Positions 34,365-43,997 of a stretch of 64,000 bases of DNA are shown here, in pieces (position 1 is the first letter of the stretch; each line of letters opens with the position of its first letter). Source of the DNA: an uncultured Eubacteriales bacterium (GTDB lineage Bacteria; Bacillota; Clostridia; Oscillospirales; CAG-272); the NCBI GenBank assembly GCA_934434925.1, contig CAKSAC010000001.1, forward strand, positions 126,959 through 190,958. Reading direction: 5' to 3'. Both the position numbers and the translations under genes were made by a program. The notes beneath the pieces were generated by a model. It was not told the origin of the DNA. It was given only the letters and a program-made list of their open reading frames with translations, and did not search any database.

Positions 34365-35555
34365 ATGAAGAGCTGTGCCGTGATTTGCGAATTCAACCTT
34401 TTTCATAACGGCCATGCCTCTCTTTTGCAAAGTATCCGCCGTGAATTCGGGGAAGATACCTGTATCATTGCCCTGATGAGCGGGAATTATACCGAGCGCG
34501 GCGATATTGCCATTGCCGACAAGTTTCTCCGTGCGGAAGCGGCGGTATATGGTGGTGCCGACCTGGTGCTGGAAATCCCCTTCCCTTTTTCTTCCGCCAG
34601 TGCGGAACATTATGCAAGGATCGGGGTCGCCATGGCAGAAATGCTGAACGGAGTGGATTATCTCGCTTTCGGAAGCGAAAGCGGCGATATGATGACGCTT
34701 GAAACCGCGGCCGTGAGATCGGATTCTCCCGAATTCAAAAACAGCCTGCGCGAGGCTTTGCGCGCGCAGGAGAATAAAACGCAGGGATACGCCCGACTTT
34801 GCTATGAAGTATATGCTTCGCTCTATGGCCGTGAAGAAGCTGCCGTTCTTCTTACCCCCAATAATATGCTGGCCATCCAGTATCTGCGGGCTTTGAAACG
34901 CATCGGCTCTTCAATCAGACCTTTCACCGTCCGCCGGACGGATGATCATCATGGCAAAAACCTTCGCACAACCACTTCGTCTTCCGCCATACGGGAAAGC
35001 CTTTTGCGCGGAAAATCCGAAGAGGCCTTCCGCGCCATGCCGGAAGACGTGGCCTCCGTCTATCGCCGCGCTTTACGGGAAGGACTTCTCCCCGTTCGTC
35101 CGGAGGCGCTTTCCTCTGTGCTTTTAGCACATTTCCGCTGTTCTTCTCCCCCTGCCGGGGATGGGATCGGATATCGGTTCCTTCATGCTTCCCGGCGGGT
35201 ATCTACGATAGAAGAAGCCCTGTCGCTCGTTGCAACAAAACGCTATACGAACGCCTATTTGCGCCGCGCTATGTGGTACCGCTATTTCGGGATTGCCTCG
35301 CCCGACAATATGTGCTGTATACGATATACGCAAATTCTCGGCATGAACGGCCGCGGGCAAAAAAAACTCGCCGAACTGCGTGGGCGTACCCATATCAGCC
35401 TGTTGACAAAGCCGGCTGATGCCATCGCTCTCGATCCTCCCGCAAAAGAACAGGCCGCCCTTGCCGCAAAAGCCGATTCGGTCTTTGCGCTTGCGCTCCC
35501 TTCGCCTTTCCCGGGAGATTACGCGCTTCGCCGGGGGCCGTTCCGAAAAAAATAG
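34365..35555 (+). CDS. tmcAL: tRNA(Met) cytidine acetate ligase (YlbM/UPF0348 nucleotidyltransferase)
   Basis: AVICEFNLFHNGHASLLQ (HxGH) and IALMSGNYTERGD are present. I set the start to ATG 34365 (AAAGGAG 7 nt upstream). Confidence 0.75.
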   Translation: MKSCAVICEFNLFHNGHASLLQSIRREFGEDTCIIALMSGNYTERGDIAIADKFLRAEAAVYGGADLVLEIPFPFSSASAEHYARIGVAMAEMLNGVDYLAFGSESGDMMTLETAAVRSDSPEFKNSLREALRAQENKTQGYARLCYEVYASLYGREEAAVLLTPNNMLAIQYLRALKRIGSSIRPFTVRRTDDHHGKNLRTTTSSSAIRESLLRGKSEEAFRAMPEDVASVYRRALREGLLPVRPEALSSVLLAHFRCSSPPAGDGIGYRFLHASRRVSTIEEALSLVATKRYTNAYLRRAMWYRYFGIASPDNMCCIRYTQILGMNGRGQKKLAELRGRTHISLLTKPADAIALDPPAKEQAALAAKADSVFALALPSPFPGDYALRRGPFRKK

Positions 35556-35679
35556 CGCATTTTGCCGATTGTTCTCTCCGCACTACTTTTGTCGAATGGA
35601 TTGACAAATATTGGAAGTCGTGATAGGATGATTGGTGAAAAGGACGGGCAGTTATTTTCAGTATCTGAAAGGAGTTTAC

Positions 35680-35967
35680 ATGGAAGCCATCGGTATCAAA
35701 GGCAAGTTTCTTGAATACAAAGGAAAGCCCCTTGTCCGCCAGGGGAACGAAATTTATTACGGAGACATGGCCGAAAAATACTACTTATTCCTTATGATTA
35801 TGTCTGCGAAAGAGGATGCCGCCCTTGGTCTTGAGATTCCTGACAAAGTCATGGTCCAGGTTCTTTCTACCGAGAGCCATAAGCCACTCAAGCAAACAGT
35901 TGCAAAAGGTCTTTGCGAGGCTTTTGACTTAGGAACTGCCTGGCTCGAAAGAGCAAACAAAAACTAA
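35680..35967 (+). CDS. Hypothetical small protein (95 aa)
   Basis: This is the internal ATG of ORF 35632..35967, with AAAGGAG upstream. I recognise no family. Confidence 0.45.
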   Translation: MEAIGIKGKFLEYKGKPLVRQGNEIYYGDMAEKYYLFLMIMSAKEDAALGLEIPDKVMVQVLSTESHKPLKQTVAKGLCEAFDLGTAWLERANKN

Positions 35968-36016
35968 CCGTTTTCCTTTTCAGATTGCCGGTCAAACGAC
36001 CGAGGAGGTAGCAATT

Positions 36017-37111
36017 TTGAAAATGAAACACCGCATTTTATTCTTCCCTGCCGCATTGATGTTATTCCTGCTGTTCACAGCGGGGCTGACGTCTTGCGAA
36101 TTCGGTTCCATCGCCATCGGCATTCCGCGGACCACCCCGCCCGCCAATACGGTTTTTCAACCGCTGGACGAGCCGCCGGTTTCCGGTCCGCAGACAAACG
36201 ATGAAGATTCCCCCCAAGCGACCGTGACGACAAAGGCAGAGACTCCTCCCGTAACCGAGGCACCAAAAGCGCAGGTCTTTTATCACCCTTTGTCTGCTTT
36301 ACCTGTCGGCAAAGCCGTGGCGGAAAAACGGCCGATCGCGCTCTCGTTGGACGGAAGCGGTCTTTTTGCTCTCTCCGCCCCGCATTTTCTCCTGGAAGGA
36401 CCTGTGGAAAGCGGGAAAACGCGCTATCTTTACCTGACATGCGATGACCCATCGGAACTCCGGCGGGATGAGATTCTGTCTACACGTCCGTATTTTGCGG
36501 CGCTTGCGCATGATTTTTATGCCATATCGGCGTACCGCGGAACATCCGATGACGGCAGGGAATCCTCGGCTTTTCTCTATGATACGCTGGATTTTTCCCG
36601 CCCGGAGATTGCCGATGTTTCGCTTTCGGTCGCGCTGAAAAATACAGGGTTCCCCAAAAAAATTACCGGCGGGATTGCTCTCCCCTATTCGTTTGTCGCC
36701 CCCGGGGAAATGACCGAGCCGGGCGGAACCTACTCTTCCTATATCCGCATTCCTTTTTTCGGCGGGAGCAGTACGGCTTTCACGTATGATTCCCTCAGTC
36801 ATGTCTATACGCTCCGCGCAGGAGCCAATGACCGGCCGGCTTTCACTTTCACCAACGTTTTCGTTCTCTTTTTCAATACAGGGATCACGACTACGAAAAC
36901 CGGGGTGACGCTTTCCATGGACACCGATGCCGGAGGGACCGGATATTATATTTCCAACGGATACGCCGTTCCGATCGAATGGGAACGCGATACATCTACG
37001 TCTGCTTTGCGGTTTTACGCCGAAGGGGGACGAGAACTGAAAATCAACCGCGGAAAAACCTACATTGCCATGACGGATTTCTCGCAAAAAACCTCTTTGA
37101 TCCTGAACTGA
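36017..37111 (+). CDS. DUF3048-like lipoprotein (YerB-like)
   Basis: The lipobox is LTSC. A Pro/Thr-rich linker is followed by HPLSALPVG...KRPIALSLDG...EGPVESGKTRYLYL, which resembles the DUF3048 core. Confidence 0.55.
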   Translation: MKMKHRILFFPAALMLFLLFTAGLTSCEFGSIAIGIPRTTPPANTVFQPLDEPPVSGPQTNDEDSPQATVTTKAETPPVTEAPKAQVFYHPLSALPVGKAVAEKRPIALSLDGSGLFALSAPHFLLEGPVESGKTRYLYLTCDDPSELRRDEILSTRPYFAALAHDFYAISAYRGTSDDGRESSAFLYDTLDFSRPEIADVSLSVALKNTGFPKKITGGIALPYSFVAPGEMTEPGGTYSSYIRIPFFGGSSTAFTYDSLSHVYTLRAGANDRPAFTFTNVFVLFFNTGITTTKTGVTLSMDTDAGGTGYYISNGYAVPIEWERDTSTSALRFYAEGGRELKINRGKTYIAMTDFSQKTSLILN

Positions 37112-37116
37112 ATTTC

Positions 37117-37148
37117 CGGACGCATGTCTTTGGTCCGTTGTCTTTTTT
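37117..37148 (+). terminator. Rho-independent terminator
   Basis: CGGAC (37117-37121) pairs with GTCCG (37133-37137), followed by TTGTCTTTTTT. Confidence 0.45.
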
Positions 37149-37161
37149 GTCAGCGGACCTG

Positions 37162-37217
37162 AATAAAACCCCCGTAACACCGATCGATTCAAAACCGGCA
37201 GTCACGGGGGCTTTTTC
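37162..37217. terminator. Bidirectional terminator-like hairpin downstream of galE
   Basis: CCCCCGT (37169-37175) pairs with ACGGGGG (37204-37210), flanked by AATAAAA and CTTTTTC. Confidence 0.45.
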
Positions 37218-37231
37218 AATGGGGGCAAATA

Positions 37232-38251
37232 TCAGTCGTTCGGGTATCCGTCCGGGTTCATGCTTTGCCAGCGGGCGGCATCTTCACACATTTCCTCAAT
37301 GCCGTATTCGGCATGCCATCCCAGCATTTTCGCAGCTTTTTCGGGATTGGCGTAACAGGCGCCGATATCACCGCTCCGGCGGGGCGCGATTTCGTATTTC
37401 ACCGGTTTGCCCGAAGCCTTTTCAAAGGCTTTGACAACCTGCAATACCGAATATCCGTTTCCGGTTCCGATATTGAAATAATCAATTCCGGCATGTGCCT
37501 TTGTGAAGTCGAGCGCACAAAGATGCGCGCGGGCCAGGTCAACCACATGGATGTAATCACGCACACCGGTGCCGTCCGGCGTATCGTAATCATTACCGAA
37601 AACTTTCAGGCAAGGCAGTTTTCCGTATGCGACCTTGGCAACATACGGAAGCAGATTGTTGGGAATCCCGCGGGGATCTTCACCGATTAAACCGCTTTTG
37701 TGCGCGCCGATCGGATTGAAATACCGAAGAATCGCGATTGAAAACTCCGGATGCGGTACGGTAAGATCGCGCAGAATACGCTCGATCATCAACTTCGTTT
37801 CTCCGTACGGATTGGTCGTTGAAAGCGGAAAATCCTCAGAGATCGGTACACTCTTCGGAAGTCCGTATACCGTGGCGGAAGAACTGAAAACAATCCGTGT
37901 TACCGAATGAGTAATCATTTCTTCACACAAATTGAATGTGCCGGTGAGATTATTGTGATAGTAGCGAAGCGGTTGGCTGACAGATTCGCCCACCGCTTTC
38001 AATCCGGCAAAATGGATAACGGAATCAATCTCTGCATGCTTGTCAAACACCGCGGAAAGCGCCGGCCGGTCCAGCAAATCCACCTGATAGAAAATCGGCC
38101 GCCTGCCGGTAATCTTTTCAATTCTGTCCAGCACACAAAGTTTGCTGTTGCAGAGGTTGTCAACGATGATTACTTCTTCGCCCTTCCCCAGCAATTCGAC
38201 AACGGTATGCGAACCGATAAAACCGGTTCCTCCGGTTACTAAAATAGCCAT
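37232..38251 (-). CDS. galE: UDP-glucose 4-epimerase
   Basis: MAILVTGGTGFIGSH Rossmann motif and a YxxxK (PYGETKLM) motif; 339 aa. Confidence 0.9.
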   Translation of the reverse strand: MAILVTGGTGFIGSHTVVELLGKGEEVIIVDNLCNSKLCVLDRIEKITGRRPIFYQVDLLDRPALSAVFDKHAEIDSVIHFAGLKAVGESVSQPLRYYHNNLTGTFNLCEEMITHSVTRIVFSSSATVYGLPKSVPISEDFPLSTTNPYGETKLMIERILRDLTVPHPEFSIAILRYFNPIGAHKSGLIGEDPRGIPNNLLPYVAKVAYGKLPCLKVFGNDYDTPDGTGVRDYIHVVDLARAHLCALDFTKAHAGIDYFNIGTGNGYSVLQVVKAFEKASGKPVKYEIAPRRSGDIGACYANPEKAAKMLGWHAEYGIEEMCEDAARWQSMNPDGYPND

Positions 38252-38271
38252 AAATACCTCCCAGATGTAGC

Positions 38272-38297
38272 AAAAAAGAGCATGACTGCTCTTTTTT
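38272..38297 (-). terminator. Rho-independent terminator after rpmA
   Basis: AGAGCA-TGAC-TGCTCT (38277-38292), flanked by A5 and T5 runs. Confidence 0.6.
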
Positions 38298-38305
38298 ACA
38301 TAACA

Positions 38306-38584
38306 TTATTCCCCGTAAACACTGACGCGTTTTTTTGTCCGATTGACATGTTCAAACTTGACAGTTCCGTCAACCAGGGCAAAAAGCGTATCATCGGTAC
38401 CGACACCGACATTTTCACCCGCCGCGATTTTTGTACCGCGCTGACGGACGATGATATTGCCGGCAGTGACAAACTGCCCGTCCGCGCGCTTTACGCCCAG
38501 ACGCTTCGATTCGCTGTCACGACCGTTCTTGGTGGAACCAACGCCCTTCTTGTGGGCGAAAAATTGCAAACTAAGTTTCAGCAT
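38306..38584 (-). CDS. rpmA: 50S ribosomal protein L27 (with cleavable N-terminal extension)
   Basis: [32 protein letters not shown]... Confidence 0.95.
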   Translation of the reverse strand: MLKLSLQFFAHKKGVGSTKNGRDSESKRLGVKRADGQFVTAGNIIVRQRGTKIAAGENVGVGTDDTLFALVDGTVKFEHVNRTKKRVSVYGE

Positions 38585-38615
38585 CCCTGTAACCTCCGTT
38601 TTTCAGATTGGCGAC

Positions 38616-38972
38616 TTACATCGGCCGCTCAACGACATCCACGGAGAGATAATCATAATATTCTTCCGTCAATTCGTTGAGCTGATAATAGTAAGCCATG
38701 ATAAGACCCGAAACGGCAAAACGCTTGTTTTCGTTCTCTTCATATGCAGAGAGCGCGCCTTTTGCGATCAGCCGGACATCCGTCGTTTTTTCATCAATTG
38801 TATATTCGACCTCGGAAGCATAGGCAACCTCGATAGCATTGATAATCAACATGGTCATGGAAGAGAGCGCCGCGCAAAGCACATCGTCGCCTGCTGCGCC
38901 GTATCCGGTGTGGCCCTGTTCCTCAAAACCGTAAAAAACGCCGTCGGTCTTATAGAAAATAACCTTTGTCAT
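38616..38972 (-). CDS. Ribosomal-processing cysteine protease Prp
   Basis: 118-aa ORF between rplU and rpmA. It carries GHTGYG...DDVLCAALS (the catalytic His/Cys pair). Confidence 0.85.
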   Translation of the reverse strand: MTKVIFYKTDGVFYGFEEQGHTGYGAAGDDVLCAALSSMTMLIINAIEVAYASEVEYTIDEKTTDVRLIAKGALSAYEENENKRFAVSGLIMAYYYQLNELTEEYYDYLSVDVVERPM

Positions 38973-38974
38973 AC

Positions 38975-39286
38975 TTAACCCACGATTTTATCGATCTGGA
39001 TTTTGGTGAAATACTGACGATGACCGATCTTTTTCTTTTCGTTCTTTTTGGGTTTGTAACGGATGACATAAATCTTTTTACCTTTGCCGGTCAGGATAGC
39101 CTTGGCCGCAACGGCAGCGCCCTCCACATAAGGAGTGCCGACCTTGAAATTTTCACCGTCGGAAAGAGCAAGCACTTTGTCAAACGTAACAGATTCGCCG
39201 TCTGCCACTTCAAGCTTCTCGACGTAGATAACGTCGCCCTCGCTGACTTTGTACTGCTTTCCACCCGTTTCAATCACTGCAAACAC
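38975..39286 (-). CDS. rplU: 50S ribosomal protein L21
   Basis: FAVIETGGKQYKVSEGD... I set the start to GTG 39286 (GAGGTG upstream); the track's upstream extension is not L21-like. Confidence 0.9.
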   Translation of the reverse strand: MFAVIETGGKQYKVSEGDVIYVEKLEVADGESVTFDKVLALSDGENFKVGTPYVEGAAVAAKAILTGKGKKIYVIRYKPKKNEKKKIGHRQYFTKIQIDKIVG

Positions 39287-39376
39287 GGAAAAGCACCTCG
39301 CTTTCTTCAAAAATCGCTACGGCAGGCGGCGGCAAAAGACGCACGCGCTTGATGGCCTGACAATAAGCGTCATATC
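39287..39376 (-). promoter_or_regulatory. 5' leader of the rplU-prp-rpmA operon (position of the Firmicute L21 leader)
   Basis: This is a roughly 85-nt GC-rich untranslated leader between the predicted transcription start and the rplU start. The family assignment rests on position only. Confidence 0.4.
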
Positions 39377-39405
39377 ATTATATAACGGGGCATGTTCTTT
39401 GTCAA
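39377..39405 (-). promoter_or_regulatory. Consensus sigma-A promoter of rplU operon
   Basis: On the minus strand, TTGACA (39405-39400), a 17-nt spacer, then TATAAT (39382-39377). Confidence 0.7.
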
Positions 39406-39423
39406 GGCTTTGGATAAAAAATC

Positions 39424-39834
39424 TTAAATTTCCGTTGCTTTTTTCTCCAGCGTGTGTAAAAATTCCGTCAGGTCAATCTGGGTACCTTCGGGCAACAGGC
39501 GTTCCAGTTTGTAATATTCGCGCTCTTCGCGGGAAAAAATATGTACAATCACCGAGGAATAGTCAAGGAGAATCCAGCTCCCCGCTTCCCTGCCCTCTAC
39601 ATGTTCGGCGTTGAGGTTGCCGTTTTCCATCTGATAAACGACCTCGTCCGCCAGCGCTTTGATATGCGTTGCGGAGCGCCCGGTGGCAATTACATAAAAA
39701 TCCGTGATATTGGTCGCCTCTTCCACATGGAAGAGGCGGATGTCTCCGGCACCTTTTTCGTGCAATACCGCAACGATTGCATCGGCCAGCTCGCGCGGGG
39801 AAAGCCCTTTATAATCGATTTCCTTCGTTTCCAT
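39424..39834 (-). CDS. rsfS: Ribosome silencing factor RsfS
   Basis: ITDFYVIATGRSATHIKALADEV...WILLDYSSVIVHIF...REYYKLERL. I set the start to ATG 39834 (AGAGGA upstream). Confidence 0.85.
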   Translation of the reverse strand: METKEIDYKGLSPRELADAIVAVLHEKGAGDIRLFHVEEATNITDFYVIATGRSATHIKALADEVVYQMENGNLNAEHVEGREAGSWILLDYSSVIVHIFSREEREYYKLERLLPEGTQIDLTEFLHTLEKKATEI

Positions 39835-39875
39835 TGGTTTTTCCTCTTTCAAATTGATTCGGCCGTCCGGCCGTT

Positions 39876-40910
39876 TTATTTTTTCAGTCTGACTTTCAAT
39901 TCGCCTACCGTTTGTTCTGTATAGACCGGGGAGACGATATTTTTATCGGAATAAATGTTTTCAAAATTGATCCGCGTGCCATCGGTAAGCCTGCGTTCGG
40001 GGTCAAACGCCTCTTCCGACGCAAAATAAACGCGCAACATTTCTTCAGCTGACGGGCGGTTGACGACATAATACCAAAGCCCGCCGCTCTCTCCGCCCCG
40101 GGTCGCTTCACCCGGCAGAGTCATCAGCCGAAGCGAAAAAGCGGAACGCTCCCGATAAAAGACCCGCGCCAGCGACAAAGCCTCGGTCAAAGGTATGTCA
40201 CTTTGGATATAGGGATAAACTGCCGGAAGGATTCCGGTAATCATTTGCGCTCCCCCGACCGAACGGAGCTTTCCGAACAGGGCGGCCAAGAGAATCTTTT
40301 GTGCATCCACGCGCCCGAGGTCTCCGTCGGTATATCCGGCACGGTATCGGATAAAATGGGCCGCCGCGGCTCCGTTGAGCGTTTGTTCCCCCCGGGATAA
40401 TTCGACGTATTCGCCGTTGGCGGCCGGGTCTCGGTATCTCATATTGCACGGCAATTCAACCGTCACGCCTCCGAGCGCGTCCACCAAACCTGAAAACGCG
40501 TCCAGATCGACCGCCGCCCAGCGGTCTATCCGCACACCGAGTGCAGCGGAAAGTTCACGAGCCAGGAGTTGCATGGCTCCCCCTTCGGAATATCCGGCGT
40601 TTCTTGCTTTCGGGAATATCTGGTTGACTTTGTTTTGCGCAGTTCCGGCAGACAGATATGTGTCGCGCGGAATCTGCATAATATGAAGTTGTTTTTCATC
40701 AACGTCAACCGAAAGAAGCATCAGCACATCGGTATTGGCGGCCGCGCGATCAAATCCGGCCGCCAGAATCGTGATGCGTCCGCCGTTTTCCGCAATAGCC
40801 GACGCATTTTCCCGGCTCAGAAAACGACGGCCGAGACATACCGCTCCGACCCCTGAAAGCACTAAAGCGGAGAAAATACAAATTACCGTTATGAAAACTT
40901 TTTTACGCAT
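39876..40910 (-). CDS. LytR-CpsA-Psr (LCP) family protein
   Basis: An N-terminal transmembrane helix, then ILAAGFD...NTDVLMLLSVD...MQIPRDTY. Confidence 0.75.
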   Translation of the reverse strand: MRKKVFITVICIFSALVLSGVGAVCLGRRFLSRENASAIAENGGRITILAAGFDRAAANTDVLMLLSVDVDEKQLHIMQIPRDTYLSAGTAQNKVNQIFPKARNAGYSEGGAMQLLARELSAALGVRIDRWAAVDLDAFSGLVDALGGVTVELPCNMRYRDPAANGEYVELSRGEQTLNGAAAAHFIRYRAGYTDGDLGRVDAQKILLAALFGKLRSVGGAQMITGILPAVYPYIQSDIPLTEALSLARVFYRERSAFSLRLMTLPGEATRGGESGGLWYYVVNRPSAEEMLRVYFASEEAFDPERRLTDGTRINFENIYSDKNIVSPVYTEQTVGELKVRLKK

Positions 40911-40957
40911 ACCAACACCTCGCCGTTAGTGTGGAGCGTAAACAGGCTTTTACTCTT

Positions 40958-41584
40958 TTATTTTTTTTCCGGTTCCGCCGTGATTTTGTTAAAATAGGAA
41001 AGCGCCTCCAGCGTTGCCGGAAAAATCACGATGTTTTTTCGGCGCAATTCTTCTACCGTGTCGGTCAATGCGCGACAAATGGTACGGTGCAGATGAAGCA
41101 ATTTGTCCGCGGCGCTGTCATATCCGTTCCAGAAATAATGCCGTAAGGCGACGCATTCTGGATAGACGCGGGTCGGTTCGATGTAATCGGCAAGATAAAG
41201 CAGTTCATCAAAAACCGTCATGCCGACCCCGCCGGTCGTGTGGAGAGTGATTGCGCGCAGGATCGTATCATCCACAAAAGACGGGAATTCCCGTGCGGCG
41301 ACGGCCGCGCCGGTTCTGGCGTGCAGAACCCGGGGAGACGCAAGTTCTTCTTCGGAAAGAGGAAGGTCGTTCCTGCGGCAATAGGCAATCTGCTCTGCCG
41401 GAGTCCATTCTTTGGTGAGATCGTGAAAAAGCGCGGCAATCCGCAGACGCTGAATATCGTCCGGCAAATATTTTTCTCCGAGGCAAACGATTTCTTCCTC
41501 TACCCCGAGCGTATGCGAAAAGCGTCGGCTCCCGATCCTCGTTGATAACTGAATCCGGAGTTTCAGGAATTTTTCTTCATTCAT
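40958..41584 (-). CDS. yqeK: HD-domain bis(5'-nucleosyl)-tetraphosphatase YqeK
   Basis: RFSHTLGVEEE...AALFHDLTKE...HARTGA...LADYIEP. I set the start to ATG 41584, in an ATGA overlap with the nadD stop. The track ORF's extra 88 codons overlap nadD. Confidence 0.8.
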   Translation of the reverse strand: MNEEKFLKLRIQLSTRIGSRRFSHTLGVEEEIVCLGEKYLPDDIQRLRIAALFHDLTKEWTPAEQIAYCRRNDLPLSEEELASPRVLHARTGAAVAAREFPSFVDDTILRAITLHTTGGVGMTVFDELLYLADYIEPTRVYPECVALRHYFWNGYDSAADKLLHLHRTICRALTDTVEELRRKNIVIFPATLEALSYFNKITAEPEKK

Positions 41585-42192
41585 ACCCGATACAAATGGC
41601 ATTGTCTGATATACCCTTCTACCTCCGGGGCAAGCCACGGACTCACATCTTCCCCTTCCCGAAGGGCAGCGCGTACCTCTTCGGAACTGATCTGCACGAC
41701 CCGGGTATTCGGGAACAGGAGTTTTGCCCCGTATCTTTCTTGGAATTCTGCGGTTTTTTCCCGGATTTTTTTTGTATTTTCCGGGTCGCATTCCCGGCGG
41801 ATCAGTACGATAGACGCAAGCGAAAAGATTTCTTCGGGCAAATGCCATTCGTCGAGCGTCAAAAACATATCTGTTCCCACCAGCATGAAAAGTTCACGCC
41901 CGGGAGATGCAAGTTCCCTGAGCGTCAATACACTGTAACTTTTTCCGCCCCGGCGCAGTTCGCAGTCGCTGATCTTTGTCCGCGGCAGACCGGAAAAAGC
42001 AAGGCGGCACATGGCAAGTCTTTCTTCGGGCGACGCTTCCCCGTCCAACGCTTTGTGCGGGGGAATCAATGCGGGGATGATGAGGAGTTTATCCAGTTCG
42101 GCCGCGCGGAAAAAAGCTGCCGCCGCTTCTGTGTGTCCGCGATGCGGCGGGGAAAAACTCCCGCCGTAAATCCCAAGCCGTTCGGTCTTCAT
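41581..42192 (-). CDS. nadD: Nicotinate-nucleotide adenylyltransferase
   Basis: LGIYGGSFSPPHRGH (the (T/H)xGH motif); 203 aa. Confidence 0.9.
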   Translation of the reverse strand: MKTERLGIYGGSFSPPHRGHTEAAAAFFRAAELDKLLIIPALIPPHKALDGEASPEERLAMCRLAFSGLPRTKISDCELRRGGKSYSVLTLRELASPGRELFMLVGTDMFLTLDEWHLPEEIFSLASIVLIRRECDPENTKKIREKTAEFQERYGAKLLFPNTRVVQISSEEVRAALREGEDVSPWLAPEVEGYIRQCHLYRV

Positions 42193-42482
42193 CGCGGCAA
42201 TTCAATCGTCTTTTTTTTGTCGGACGGGCGGTAAAGGACCATCCGGTTTCCGAGCACGGCCACCACGTCGCAGTCCAGCGCGTCTGCCAAAGCGTCCGCC
42301 GCTACCCGTGCGGGATACGGAGCCGTTTCCAGCACGCTGACCTTAATCAGTTCCCGCGCTTCCAGCGCGTTGGAAAGCTGAAAGCAGGTTTCTTCGGTCA
42401 CGCCGCCTTTTCCGATCTGAAAAATCGGGGTAAGCGAGTTGGCAAGCGCGCGCAGATAGGCGCGTTGTTTACTTGTCAGCAT
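42189..42482 (-). CDS. yhbY: RNA-binding protein YhbY (CRM domain)
   Basis: MLTSKQRAYLRALANSLTPIFQIGKGGVTEE...ELIKV. This uses the internal ATG 42482 of track ORF 42189..42623. Confidence 0.8.
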   Translation of the reverse strand: MLTSKQRAYLRALANSLTPIFQIGKGGVTEETCFQLSNALEARELIKVSVLETAPYPARVAADALADALDCDVVAVLGNRMVLYRPSDKKKTIELPR

Positions 42483-43086
42483 GTTTTTCTTCCTCCCGGT
42501 AGCAGGCAAGCGCTTCCGCAAAAGCACGAAGCGCCCGGCCGCGGTGACTGACGGAATCTTTTTCGTCTGCCGTTGCTTCGGCAAAAGTTTTTTCCAGTTC
42601 CGGCACGTAAAAGAGCGGATCATATCCGAAGCCGGCCGTGCCGCGCGGAGCAGTCAGAATCCGGCCGTCACAGGTGCCGCGAACCGTGAAAAATTTTCCT
42701 TCCGGGTCAACGCAGGCAATGACGGAAACATATCGGCCGGTGCGTTCTTTATCGGGAACACCGGAAAGCTCCTTTAACAAAAGTTCGTTGTTTTTCAGAT
42801 CGTCGCAAGGCTCGCCGGCATATCTGGCGGAATAAACGCCGGGGCGCCCCCCGAGTGCGTCAACTTCAAGACCGGAGTCATCCGCCACGGAAAAACGGTC
42901 TGGACCGGCTCCTGCAAAGGCTTTTATCCGCGCGTTTTCTTCAAACGTTTCTCCGGTTTCTTCTATTTCCTCCGTCACGCCGATATCGGAAAGAGAAAGC
43001 AGTGTGATATCCGGAAAACGGGCAGAAAGAATCCGGCGGATCTCGTCAATTTTCTTCTTGTTATGCGATGCAACAACCGCTTTCAT
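42469..43086 (-). CDS. rdgB: Non-canonical purine NTP pyrophosphatase (RdgB/HAM1 family)
   Basis: VVASHNKKKIDEI...EETGETFEENA..., GFGYDPLF, SHRG. Confidence 0.85.
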   Translation of the reverse strand: MKAVVASHNKKKIDEIRRILSARFPDITLLSLSDIGVTEEIEETGETFEENARIKAFAGAGPDRFSVADDSGLEVDALGGRPGVYSARYAGEPCDDLKNNELLLKELSGVPDKERTGRYVSVIACVDPEGKFFTVRGTCDGRILTAPRGTAGFGYDPLFYVPELEKTFAEATADEKDSVSHRGRALRAFAEALACYREEEKHADK

Positions 43087-43997
43087 ACTTCCTCCCCGAA
43101 AAGAGCCGCTGTGAATTCTTTCCCGGAAAACGGCTTCATATCATCGATTTGTTCGCCGATTCCGACAAATTTCACCGGAATGCCGAGTTCGCGGCGAATA
43201 GAGAAGATAATGCCGCCCTTGGCCGTGCCGTCGAGTTTCGTCAGAACAATTCCGGTAATCGCCGCCGCGTCGCGGAATTCCTTTGCTTGTGCAACGGCAT
43301 TTTGTCCGGTCGTCGCATCCAGTACCAGTAACGTCTCCCGCGAGGCCCCCGGCAACAGCCGGTCGATGACCCGGTTGATTTTTGCGAGTTCATCCATCAG
43401 GTTTTTCTTGTTGTGCAGTCTTCCCGCCGTATCGACGATCAGTACGTCCGCCCGACGGGCGCCGGCCGCGCCGATTGCGTCATATACCACTGCCGCCGGA
43501 TCCGCTCCCGCCCCCTGCCGGATCATATCGACCCCGGCGCGGTCACACCAGATTTTCAGTTGTTCCGCCGCCGCTGCGCGGAAAGTGTCGGCCGCCGCGA
43601 CAATCACGCGTTTTCCTTCTCCTTTAAGAGAGGCGGCCATCTTTCCGATCGAGGTGGTTTTTCCCACCCCGTTTACGCCGATAACAAGGATAACAGAGGG
43701 AACGGTATCGAGCCGGAGTCCTTCGTCTTCTCCCATCATTCCGGAAAGAAGCGCATACAGTTCTTCCCGGACGGCGGCCGGGTCGGTTATCCGCTTCTCT
43801 TTGAGCGTCTGACGCAATGTATCAAGAATATATTCGGTCGTTTCCACTCCGACATCGGCGGTTATCAAGGTCTCTTCCAGTTCATCGAAAAAATCTTCAT
43901 CGATTTTAACAAAAGCGCGGAAGAGCGCATCGATTCTGCCGAAGAGAGCTTCTTTCGTGCGACGCAGACCGGCGCGCAACTTCTCAAAGAACGCCAT
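43083..43997 (-). CDS. ftsY: Signal recognition particle receptor FtsY
   Basis: The NG domain with GVNGVGKTTSIGK, DTAGR and TKLDGTAKGG. Confidence 0.92.
   Translation of the reverse strand: MAFFEKLRAGLRRTKEALFGRIDALFRAFVKIDEDFFDELEETLITADVGVETTEYILDTLRQTLKEKRITDPAAVREELYALLSGMMGEDEGLRLDTVPSVILVIGVNGVGKTTSIGKMAASLKGEGKRVIVAAADTFRAAAAEQLKIWCDRAGVDMIRQGAGADPAAVVYDAIGAAGARRADVLIVDTAGRLHNKKNLMDELAKINRVIDRLLPGASRETLLVLDATTGQNAVAQAKEFRDAAAITGIVLTKLDGTAKGGIIFSIRRELGIPVKFVGIGEQIDDMKPFSGKEFTAALFGEEV

Noticed and set aside
40958-41848. The track ORF of 296 aa suggests a much longer YqeK with an R/P/G-rich N-terminal extension. Similar upstream extensions appear on yhbY (42623), trmFO (50958), infC (56576), rplU (39310) and the tandem-PII gene (7284).
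   Set aside because: The extensions overlap the preceding conserved gene in another frame, lack homology and lack an SD. The internal starts have good SDs and ATGA/TGATG coupling. They are longest-ORF artefacts, not fusions.
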